A DNA stretch of 64,000 nt from positions 3,249,854 to 3,313,853 of the forward strand of contig NW_019091361.1 in assembly GCF_001949145.1 (NCBI RefSeq), read 5' to 3'. The translations under genes were made by a program, and so were the position numbers. Origin of the DNA: Acanthaster planci. Its lineage: Eukaryota. The notes under the pieces are model-generated. The model was given only the letters and a program-made list of their open reading frames with translations, searched no databases and was not told the origin of the DNA. Of the stretch, positions 14,401 to 26,400 are shown piece after piece; within the stretch, counting starts at the first letter, position 1, and every line of letters starts with the position of its first letter.

Positions 14401-17400
14401 CAGACATCAGACATTTATTTCCTCTTCTAATAATAGCCATAGGCCTACATAATACAGTATTAAGTAGTCATAAAGTATTAAGCAAACAAATGTATTAATT
14501 AATCATAAAAAAGACAAGAAGAGGGGGTAAAAGCCTAAAAAGCAAAGGCTTGTGTTAGGTCAGCTCATTTAACAAATTACATACAATACATTCAACTACA
14601 AACAATAAAACAAAAAATTCTACACTGTGTAATCACAAAGTAATGAGCGAATGAAATCACACATGAAATCTGCTATAATAACGTGCATAAAGTACTGCAC
14701 AGCACTTACTGGAGTGTCTGTGACTTTGAGGACAGCCGTTTGGTGCGGGTATATCCACAAGGACAGCAAGATTGAAGAATTACTGAAGCTGAAAGATTGA
14801 ATACACCTTGTGTCTTTGCAGTGGCTTTCTGGTGTTTCAGTTTTGGTCAAAATCACTCTATTTGTCATTCAGGAGTTCAGTTATGCCATCATCCATTTAC
14901 AGTGTAAGACCCGTTTGTGATATGGTCATGTAGATGTACCTTGTAAGAGAACCTGGTGCACATAGCCAGCAGCTGGATTCGAACCTTGGACACACATATG
15001 TAAAGAATCACAGACATCAGTCACTGCATCACATATATGTATTTCCCCCTTAACCCCAAATGGAGATGTCTTAACCACCTGAACATAGGACTCTCTTAAG
15101 TTTAGAGGTGTTGACTTTCTAGTTACATGTCGTGTAGTTTTGTAAAGCAAGCTAATTATTAGATGATGAGGCTGTCTGTTTACAGCACGTAAATTTTATA
15201 TTGCTAAGAAGGTGGTTGCTTGCATCCCATTTTGTTCAAAACATGTCAAACTATTGTACGTTGTACAGAAATGTTAACCAAATTGTACTCAAACATCCTT
15301 TGTCTTGTTGAAAAAAGGAAATTCTTCAATTTCAGGGCTCGTGAGTTCTCCTTTGCTAGCCAACACAGTGGAATTATCAGAATTTGCCTATCGCAAAAGA
15401 AGATGTTGTGTTTGCAGAAAGCCATGCGTTTGTGTACATTTACGGTGTAAAGGTACCTGTATTGAAATGCTGTACCGGTATAAAGCATTTGTGTGGGAAA
15501 TTTATTGGTAGTTTTCATTTGTAAAGTTCAGGCATAGTGCACAGTTTGATAGGTTCCCTCGTTAGTTTATACCTTTAGTAAATCTCGTGAGCATTAATCC
15601 ATGTTCGGCTATTTTATGTTGGCATTTGCTGTGTGAAGAAAGGGATTTCTAATAAGCCACTTTGTTAAGATGCCAACTTGATTGTTAGTCTTAATGATGA
15701 AGGTAAATAAATGTGCTCACGTCTTTTTGGTAGGTGTGGTAACCAGGTCCACAGTGTATAGTTTGGACAGTACTTTTCTTGTTGCCAAATAATGCAGGGC
15801 AGTAAATTTGCTCGGTATCACATGGTGAAAATGCTTCATTTTGAAGAGTTGTTTTTTTAAAGAGCAACTCAAAGGAAAACATGTTTTCTCTGATTTTATC
15901 TGTTCAACTAAATATGGAAGCATCCAAATCGAAGGCAGTGTCATTTGTCTTCAGAGCTCAACTGTAACAAGCTAAAAAGGGCTTTTTTTCTGTTCATGGC
16001 GAGATGCAAATTCTGAATGTAGATTACGTCATTCTGAGAAAACACAGAAAATGAGGGGAGACCTTGCCCTGTGTTCGTAGTGGATAAATCCTTGTGCATG
16101 TCATTTCAAGTGCATAGGAGAAGTGCTCTTCGCGAACCTCAAAGTGACTGTGCTCGAAAATTGTGCGATCATGAAACAGGAAAACAAAATCGAAAGCAAT
16201 AAGCCTTTTGCAAGTTAACTTTGACCCAAATCTGGTACACTGAGTTCTTTAAATTCACGTGAACATTACAACTTGAATTCTCCTTACTAAAACCACTTTT
16301 GCTATGCCTCATGATTCGGGGCAAGCTTTTACTTAGTTACATAGGCAACGCCTTGCAGCAATACACTGTTCTCAATGGATAAGAAGGGCACAAAGGAACC
16401 AGTCCATTCCAGAGATGGTGGTCGCTATGCGAAATCTTGCCCCGAATCATGAGATATGGCACAGTGTCTTTAGTCTGGGGAATTCAAATCGTTGTGTTTA
16501 TGTGTAGGCAGTTAATCAGTGCACCAGATTTTATTCAAATTTAACTCGCAATTGGCTCATTGAATATTTTGCAAACTGTCTCCAGGTTACAAGCCAAACA
16601 AGTTAAGAAATTTTGCCTGATGATATAAGGAATTTACCAACAAAGCAGGGTGATGCATTTTTAACAAATGTGAACAGCATGTCACTGCATGAATGCTGCA
16701 TGGCGCTTTGCTGCAGATATATTTGCATAAAAAGCTACCACTAGAAGGAGCCATATTTAGTTACAATGACATTGTGAGAGAAGAGATTACACATGCATTG
16801 AAGGAAGTCGGAACAAAGCCCGAAGTGAGGGACCTGTTGACCATAGAATAGGTCGACTTTTCACACACATAAAAAGTAAGACACAAGAATAAGTCAGTCC
16901 CGAAACTGATAGATAAACCATATGATATATATACATGTACACGTTGTGTCTTTGCTGTGGGTTTCTGGTGTTTCAGTTTTCGTCAAAAGCACTTCATTGT
17001 CATTCAGGAGTCTGATAATCTCGTGAAGAGTTCAGTGACGCATTTTTCAATTTATGGAGGCAGTTGAAGCACAAATTAGTGTTCAATTTCAGTTTTTGTT
17101 CTCTCGGCATAGACTGCGTATTAATGCAGACAGGTACATGTATCCCCAGCACCTGAATGTACATTTAGCCTGTTGTGGTTGCTGATACTGAAGACAGACA
17201 TTCTTAAAACATGTTTTACGGGCGGCTCATTTCTACAGATTTGTGTGGATACGACTTTGAAGAGTTTGCGAAAGAGTTTTTAGATCATGAACTGACAAGG
17301 TTTGACATACTTTCTCTGAGTACGAAAATCCTTGCACCAGTCGGCCTTCTTTTGAATTTTGTCTTCCTCTTTGTCGTTGTTCGAGTGAAGTCCTTGAGGA

Positions 17401-20400
17401 CACCCTTACATGTCTACTTAACCAATCTGACAATTGCCGACACATTGTATCTTCTTCTAGTGTTGCTTTGGCAAACAGTGATTCCAACTGGGCATGATGG
17501 TTCAAGCATCATGAAGAGTGCATTTGTTACGCTTAGAATTGTGTCTTGCTTTCTCGTGACGACTATTGCAATAGGAAGATTCTTAGCTGTGCGTCATCCA
17601 ATAACATATAGAACAACTGACAGCAAAACAAGAGCAGCCAAGGTATCAGCAGGACTCTGGGTGCTGGCAGTCGGTGTTGGAATAGCTGACTTTTTTGGGG
17701 CCCAACCTAAATTTGCTCAAGATGCGGTTATCCTACTTGTCGTTAATGTGGGAATAATCGGATTAATCAGGCTAGTTGCTGTTGTAGTGACCAGCATTAT
17801 GTATGTCTGCCTTGTGCTCAAGATACGACAAAGTTCATCTGTAACACAGCATCGTCCGCAGAGACTTGGCAAGGTTACCTGTATGCTCATCATCAACACT
17901 GCTGTTTTTTTCCTATTGAATTCAGTCCGGATCACCTCCCATATTATGTATGCAATTGTTCTTTCATCAAACCCATGTGCAGCTTCCTATCCCAAACTCA
18001 TTCATGGCGAATTAGATATTTTAACAAGTGCATATATCACAGATTTGATCAACAGCTGCATAGATCCCATCATTTACAATGTGATTAATGCTGAGTATCG
18101 AGCAGCTGTGATCCAGGCAGTGACCTGTTCTTGCTGTGACCGACGAAATGTCAATCCAGAAACTGCACCAAAGGAACAGTTGCGAGTACGGTATGGCAAG
18201 CGTCTTCCGAAGCCAGCACCAACAGATCAGATGCAAGTACAGGCTGCAAGACTTCTTCCCNNNNNNNNNNNNNNNNNNNNNNNNNNNNNNNNNNNNNNNN
18301 NNNNNNNNNNNNNNNNNNNNNNNNNNNNNNNNNNNNNNNNNNNNNNNNNNNNNNNNNNNNNNNNNNNNNNNNNNNNNNNNNNNNNNNNNNNNNNNNNNNN
18401 NNNNNNNNNNNNNNNNNNNNNNNNNNNNNNNNNNNNNNNNNNNNNNNNNNNNNNNNNNNNNNNNNNNNNNNNNNNNNNNNNNNNNNNNNNNNNNNNNNNN
18501 NNNNNNNNNNNNNNNNNNNNNNNNNNNNNNNNNNNNNNNNNNNNNNNNNNNNNNNNNNNNNNNNNNNNNNNNNNNNNNNNNNNNNNNNNNNNNNNNNNNN
18601 NNNNNNNNNNNNNNNNNNNNNNNNNNNNNNNNNNNNNNNNNNNNNNNNNNNNNNNNNNNNNNNNNNNNNNNNNNNNNNNNNNNNNNNNNNNNNNNNNNNN
18701 NNNNNNNNNNNNNNNNNNNNNNNNNNNNNNNNNNNNNNNNNNNNNNNNNNNNNNNNNNNNNNNNNNNNNNNNNNNNNNNNNNNNNNNNNNNNNNNNNNNN
18801 NNNNNNNNNNNNNNNNNNNNNNNNNNNNNNNNNNNNNNNNNNNNNNNNNNNNNNNNNNNNNNNNNNNNNNNNNNNNNNNNNNNNNNNNNNNNNNNNNNNN
18901 NNNNNNNNNNNNNNNNNNNNNNNNNNNNNNNNNNNNNNNNNNNNNNNNNNNNNNNNNNNNNNNNNNNNNNNNNNNNNNNNNNNNNNNNNNNNNNNNNNNN
19001 NNNNNNNNNNNNNNNNNNNNNNNNNNNNNNNNNNNNNNNNNNNNNNNNNNNNNNNNNNNNNNNNNNNNNNNNNNNNNNNNNNNNNNNNNNNNNNNNNNNN
19101 NNNNNNNNNNNNNNNNNNNNNNNNNNNNNNNNNNNNNNNNNNNNNNNNNNNNNNNNNNNNNNNNNNNNNNNNNNNGTCATGGAATCCTCACTTCTGTTTC
19201 AGTAGGGAGGATGTAACTAGTGTGTGTTGTAAAATTCCAATGCTCTGTTTGCTATTGGATGAACAGCCAGGTACCAGATAACCAGTAAGTGCACTGCACA
19301 CAAGTCTCTGGGGGCATGGCAAGCGAGTCCAGAATGTAAAGTTTGGACAACATGTTATTAGGCCAAGTAAGGCAGTTCATGTAGCAAAAAACTACAAGCG
19401 CTCCCCTGAACAGAGATATGGACATATGGGAAGAGCCACCAGCATAGGGCTGAACTCAGTTGGTAGAGCACCGGTACGGTATTTCGGAGGTCGCAGGTTC
19501 AAATCCCGCTCCAGTCAATTTCTTTGTTCAACTTTATAATAAAAAAATTACAAGCTGACTGCATTTCTTCTAATAGTTTTTATTTTTGTAAGAAATTGTT
19601 GCAATGCCAGCACTTTGTACCGGTTGTGCGTGCAGTTGAATAAGTGCTCCACTTCTTCCACCATTGTTGAAGTCTTTTAGCCCTCCAGGCCTCACCAATG
19701 ACTGGCGGATGGGCGCAGGTCAAACAGTTTCCTTCCATAATGTTTAAATTTGTATAAATCAAAGCTCACAATCTGTATTATGTCTGCAAAGAAACCAGTC
19801 ATTTTAAAATTAACTGTAAATTCCTTTGTTTGTTTTGCTTTATTTGTCAAAAATGTTGATTGGCCAGCTCTCTTCCTTCATGGAAAATTGTTTACAAAGA
19901 TGGTCGTGTACATCTGCTGGTCAGTTTTTATTTGGGGTTACTGCCTTGAAGTAGGCTCGTAGTAAGTTTTTGTTCCAAACAAGGAACAGCTAAGAACCGG
20001 TCAAGAGCAATAATTTATCACTGCATGGCATTTAGGCTTGTAATCAGTGGTTTCCTAAGCACAAAATTTCTGATTTTTGTGCTTTAAGTAGCATATTTAT
20101 CTGCCTAACAGGTTTGTATTATGATGGGATACCTGATAGAACAGAAAGTGACAGGTGTATGTACTCTACATTTACCGTCAGTGCTTTTACAATCAAAGTT
20201 GATAATCAGACACACAGAAAGACACACATACTTACCTTACATACCTACTGTGGACATTCCTTTCTTTTTGTGCAGTTAAGGTGAAAACCGGTGAAAATAC
20301 TAATTTTTCTTGAACTGGGAACACAATTTTCAGCTGGCTTTTTGTACAAGGTTTCCTTGACTATTCCTCTTCCTTTTATGACGGATGACCCCTACCTCAA

Positions 20401-23400
20401 AACGCCTCTAAACCTCTTTTCCAGAGAAGGGTAATGTCCTGTGGACCTGTGTAAGGCCATAAAACGTCTTCCTTTCCTGCATTGTGTGGACTTCTTTTGT
20501 TCACAAGTCCTCACTAGGTACATGTACACATGTATGTAAGGTTAGCGCACCCATTCATTCCCTGCACTGTACAGGATAATGCCTGGAATGCGAACTTGAT
20601 TGAAATAAACCGGCAAACATGAGTGCAGACTTGCACCTGTTTTGGAATTTTTTTATGGAATTGACTCTACAATTTCAAAACAGAATGACACCCAGCCGAG
20701 ATGACTGATTGAAAAAGAATCGGTTGGACTTAATGGGCAATTATGCTGCTTCTTCTCTGGATACTTTCTGGTTACATGAGGATGTGTCTCTACATGACAT
20801 CTGCATGTGTGAATAAGAAGGGATCAGGCACCTGCATGTACATGTAGATGATATGTATTCACACAGGAAGTGTAGGAACCGCCCAATATCCTTTTGAGCT
20901 AACTCACCACATGCATGCACAAGTTGATTGGCATCTGCCGAGAAATTCCCCCAAAATTCATACAAATATTGTACATGGTTTCCTCATACCTGCTGGGCAC
21001 CCAGTTTGGAACTGTTGGTCAAGTTGTCTATTTTCACCAGTGAAGGCATGCTGATGCATTGAACCAATCACGCATACCTGAGAATTTAAACCCATAGCAA
21101 TATGCCAGTCTACTGCAACTTCTGACAAAGTGTATTGTACACTGTGTAATGTAAGAACATTTTCACGTTAATTACAGTACAACTGTGTAAGTGAGAAAGC
21201 TTTATCAAATTGAAGTTACTGTTTGTTGAAAGTTAAGTTCTTTAATTCAAGTGGAGATGGTCTTTTCTTTGAATTAGGGTATTGTAAACTATGGCCAAAT
21301 TTGGTTTGTCTGAAATGCTTATTGGCGCTCCCTTAATGGCAAAATAATGTCAAAGATGATGAAATGTACCTGGTGCTTGTTATCAGAGGATACTACATGT
21401 ACGTATCTTGAAACAGGCATACATGTACATACATTAGATGACTTGTGAAAGTGTTGACTTCTGAAGATTACTCATTCCTGAAACTGAAATATCAAGTATG
21501 TTTTGTTAATTTTGTAATGGGTTTCCTGTGTAGTATTTTGTTTTCTTTTTGAATTATGTATCCCTTGCTATGCAAGCATCTTATAGTCAAGTGAAAAATT
21601 CAGTCACTTGCCGCTCAACTTACGGAAACAGTTAAAGAAGATTCAAGTTTAGCTTTGTTTTACCAGCATGGACTACTAGATAGTGCAGACATGTTTCTGC
21701 AGTGCTGTCCTGTATGTTGACTTTTGTGGCTCAGTAAAACAGCCATTGTCAAAATGACTTACAATCAGAGTTTTAAAGATTTGTGTGGATATGACTGGGA
21801 TCAGTTTATGGAAGATTACGATGCTTATTTACATAAACAAAATGACACACTTCTTCTGAGTGTACAAATCATTGCACCAGTCGGCCTTCTTTTGAATTTG
21901 ATCTTCTTGTTTGTTGTTGTTCGAGTGAAGTCCATGCGGACTATCATCAATGTCTACCTAGTCAATCTGGCAGTGGTTGATACTCTTCGTCTCCTTTTTG
22001 CATTAATTTTTAATTGGGGAATCAAGGTATTGCCTGGGTCTCACGTTAGCTGCTTCGCAGGAGGGTGGTTTGACATGCTAAGAATTGTGTCCTACTTGCT
22101 TGTGGTGGCCATAGCAGTGGAGAGATTCTCAGCTGTTCATCATCCAATAACATATAGGGCATCAGCCAGGAAAACAAGAGCAGCCAAGGTATCAGCAGGA
22201 CTTTGGATGCTAGCAGTCGGTTTTGGAATAGTTGATGTGCTTTCATTTGAAGAACAACTTGGTCAAGATGTGGTTACCTCTTTGACTGTTACGCGTTGAT
22301 TTTGGGATCTATAAGTATAGTTGCCATCGCAGTAACCAGCACAATGTATGTCTGCCTTTTGCTGAAGCTACGGCAAAGATCACCTGCGACACAGCATCAT
22401 CCACAACGAGTTGGCAAGGTCACCTGTATGCTTATCATCAACACTGCTGTCTTTTTCCTCATGAATTCAGTCATGGTCACTTCATCTACTCTGGTGGGAA
22501 TTATTTCAGTAAATCTGTGTTCATCTTCATTTCCCGCACTTGTTCTTGACTCACTCCATGTTACCACATGCTCCAGTATCCTGGAATTGATCAACAGCAG
22601 CATAGATTCCATTATTTATAGTGCGACAAATACAGAGTTTCGAGCAGCAGTGATCCAGGCAGTGACCTCTCCCTTCTGTGTCGGACAAAATTCGAACCCA
22701 CAACCAGCACTGACAGTTCAGATGCGAGTACAGGCTGCAGAGGTTCTTCCAGGACCAGCACCAACGGTTCAGATCCGAGCACAGGCTGTAGAGCTTCTGT
22801 CACAAGGAGCTTCTCATCACAAGACAATGGTAGCAAATCGCTCACAACCATCACCTCAAGGGGAGCTGCTGGAACTAAAGGTGATCTCTTAAACAAGGAA
22901 ATTTGTGCGCCAAAGGTTGGAAAGGTTGACTCGAACCAGGACTTACAGATAGATGAGGAATCAAAGACTTCAGCCACTGTGCCACATGTACAGCGTACTA
23001 ACCTTCTGTCTCACAGGTGGGGACATCTCAAACACCAGACTTTGTTTATCAGGGTTGAGTTATCAGTCTTAAGTTACAGTTTTGTAATGTTGTATTATGA
23101 GAAAATTGCCAGACGTTTCAATTTATGATGAGGCTAAGTAAAGTTGCATAAAATTTATACTGCTTTGAAAATGCTTGTCTCTGCTTCATTTACACAAAAA
23201 TGTTACAGTGCTCTGTTTCCTAGACTATGAAATGTACAGAGAAAATTTGATATCACCACAACTGCAATGTCACATATTCAGTCTTTTAGACAGGTCTTTG
23301 GACAGGTTTTGGACAGGTCTTAATGGAATTAATAGATGTCCTATTTTGCAACAGAATTTATTGAAGTTTGGACATTAACTTATGGTGTTTGTATGTACAA

Positions 23401-26400
23401 TTATAGAGTATTGTGAATTAAAATGTTCTCACTTTTGTCAATTCTAAGCATAGTCCAAAGACATTTGATACTTTTGGCACTCGTTTGTTCTTATGTACAT
23501 GTACATTTGTAAGTAGAACTGTTTGGTATAAAACCTTGTTCAGCTATTATCAGTGGATCTATTTCCTGAGGAAGGGAATCTCTGTTCACTTTTCTAATCT
23601 TTTGAATGTAATCAGCATGTTTGGTAATATTCCAACCTTAACCCTAACGCCCTAGGCTCTTAATTGCACTTGGGAGCATACTGAACCCAACAAACATCAA
23701 TAGGTACATGTACTTGTCTATGTGCTTGTACATGCAGGTCACTGTACCAAACCTGATAAACTCCAACAAGGTGACTCTTTGGAGTTTGAGTGATATGGTA
23801 TGGATGGGTCTATGCAGTGTAGGATGACTTGCACTGAACAATACCAAACCTGACAAAATCAAGCCTAGTCCAACACTTGGTACAGCAAGCCAGGCACTGC
23901 ACACAATGATCCCTGTGTGTTCCAACTCACACAAAATCCGACACCATCACCAGGGCCTTTGATACCAAGTCCAACAAAATTCAACAAGAAGTTGATCGGA
24001 TATGGTACAAAACCTAGCAAAACCTGCTGTTGGAGTTTGATGGATACTGAGCCGTTCAAGGTTAAGGCTGCCTTTGGGATGAACAGGTAGATAAATGCAC
24101 GCAAGCCTTTGGGTAGGCATGTGTAAACCAAACCACATTTCATGGTCAAAGTATTTTCTTGAGGCCAAATGATGTGGTATGATTTGCGTGGAATGCCATG
24201 GTGAAATGCTTTATACTTGGGTAGTTGTATGTCAGGGAATGGCCAGGTGTTTGTAAACTGTGTACAGTGTCACTCTGTCAAAATGCTTTGATGTCTTCTA
24301 CATTTGAATTGTTGATGTCCAGAGAAAATGTGATTGGGTCACTCTCTAGCATATCACCACATTTTAATCGGCTTTAAGAGGTATTTTGCAATTTTAGGGC
24401 TAGTTGTGCTTTGGCAGAAAATGGAATGGGATGAAAAGAACTCCTCTGTTGCAATCATATTAGTTCTTGGGGAGTGTCCTATAGTGTGTGTACATAGAGA
24501 CTATTCAAAGATTACAAATTAAAATTTTCTGCAGTGTTTTCTGGATTTTAGTCATAATGTGCATGAACAAACTTTTGGTAGGTTCATTTGTTTCAATACT
24601 GTAGTAAAATTGCTTAGCAGAAAACTCAGCCATTTTTGATTGGCACGCTGCTTTATAAAAACATAGGGAAGTCATGTTTGTCTTGTTTGTTGAAAGGTAC
24701 CAGCTACTTTTGTAATATTGCAGTTTGCCTTTTGGAATGAATAAATGCATACACATCTCTTGGCCTTGGTGACTAAATCCACATCGTACAGTTTGGAAGG
24801 TATTTTCTTCTAGCCAAGTTACCAGTACCTGTAGGCAAGGCGGGTTGCTGGGAATTGCAAGCTGGAAATGCTTTACTTTGAGAATTTCATTTTTCTTAAG
24901 AGTTTCTGGTTTTGTGCAGAAGCACACCTTATGATGCCAGGGGCTTCAAATGCCATAAGCCTCCTTTCTCCACCTCCCCTCAGTCCATCTGTCTGACCTC
25001 CAGCCTTCACCCAATGATATCTGCACTTTGGTGCAGGTCAGGCTGGTTCCTTGCGTAAAGTCTATGGTTGTTTTACCAAAGTATACAATTTTGATATCAT
25101 TGCAGTGAGACTTCTTTCAGGGTGGTCGTCGGTTTATCCCGGAGGCTTTTTTCTGATCGGAAGGAGGAAATGCAATTATCAGTATGTCATTGTAATCATA
25201 TCTCCACCTTCATTTTCATTCCTAAGGGGAAAATAGGAAGCTTGGTGGAAATTGAAACGATAGAAAGGTGAAAGTGAGACCTGCATCCATCTGGGATGTT
25301 TTAGGTACACATTCTACAATTTACAGCACACTGTGACATTTCCTGTAGGGCTGATGAAGAAATAATCAATCAGACTTACTGGGTAAGATGCTTTCCTTTC
25401 TGAGGACTATTTCTGGTAACATCGGATATGCTTTCCTATCTACATAACCTGCAATGATCTCCATGTGTGAACACGAAAGGGAGGCATGTTGAGTTCATGT
25501 AGTCACACAGGAGCAGTTTGATGTTGGTCCAACTCGCCACACGCACGCCCAAGTTGGTGGGTGTCTGCTGTGAAATTCCCACAAGTTGCTTCCATATGTG
25601 CAAAGTTTCCTATGTTTCGCTGGATTATTTGTCAATAAACTGTGTGATTTTCCTCATCCAGCATTTTTTATGTAGGCGTTCTAGTGGGTGCAGAGTTCAA
25701 GAGTCCAATGTGAGTGGAGAGACTTTCTGTGAATCTGCCATTTGCTATAGTTTACTGTAAATTCCTACATTAAAATTCTGTACCAGTGCTCAGAAATACT
25801 TATTTCGTTCCCTTGCTAACCAGCTACACATACCTTGTCAGTTGCATTGGATGACTGCTGAAAATTTCTACCACTTGGAGTATTAATACCTGAATCTAGG
25901 GTGATGAGTCCATTGGCGAGATATTATGGATTGGCTTGGGTATATATAATTACATGCTGGACAACAAACAGCTAAGAATTAGTCAAGAGCAATTAACACT
26001 GCTTGACATTTGAACTAGTAACCTGTTTGCTAAGCAAGTATTTCGTGTGCTTAGCAGAGTTGCATTCCTAGCACATCTATAAAATGAGCCCGGGGACACC
26101 TGATGGAATGGAAAGTGGCACATACTTTACATTAAATATTTAGTCTTTTACAGCAGTTTGTATTTTTAAGAATTACTCTTGAGTCCTTGTGCATGAAGAG
26201 GTGCAAAGATCTGCAAACCAAACAAATTGAGGTTGGACTCTTATTGCATGTACAGGGATGTGTGTCTCATGGCATGGTCTTTTTTCATTAAAAATGTTTT
26301 AAAGGTCATTTGTATGAGGAGAGTATTTGATAAAAATCATGTTGGCTTTTCTTGCATGTCCATAAATATAACTTGGCTGACTGATTTTGTGTGTGTTGTG

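Noticed and set aside
18136..19281. Long ORFs spanning the first gap, including the 664-aa version of the GPCR
   Set aside because: Their length comes from N codons; only 17211-18260 is real sequence.
19448..19516. Functional tRNA gene
   Set aside because: The bases between acceptor stem and D arm are deleted and the acceptor and anticodon stems are imperfect; a SINE head or pseudogene fits better.
21691..21753. Upstream in-frame ATG giving copy B a signal peptide
   Set aside because: It is interrupted by TGA at 21718-21720, and the matching region of copy A is in a different frame, so it is treated as 5' UTR.
17211..22892. GPCR copies A and B as two alleles left uncollapsed across the gap
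   Set aside because: They differ at many residues and by indels throughout, and their distal upstream sequences differ; this fits paralogs better than alleles.
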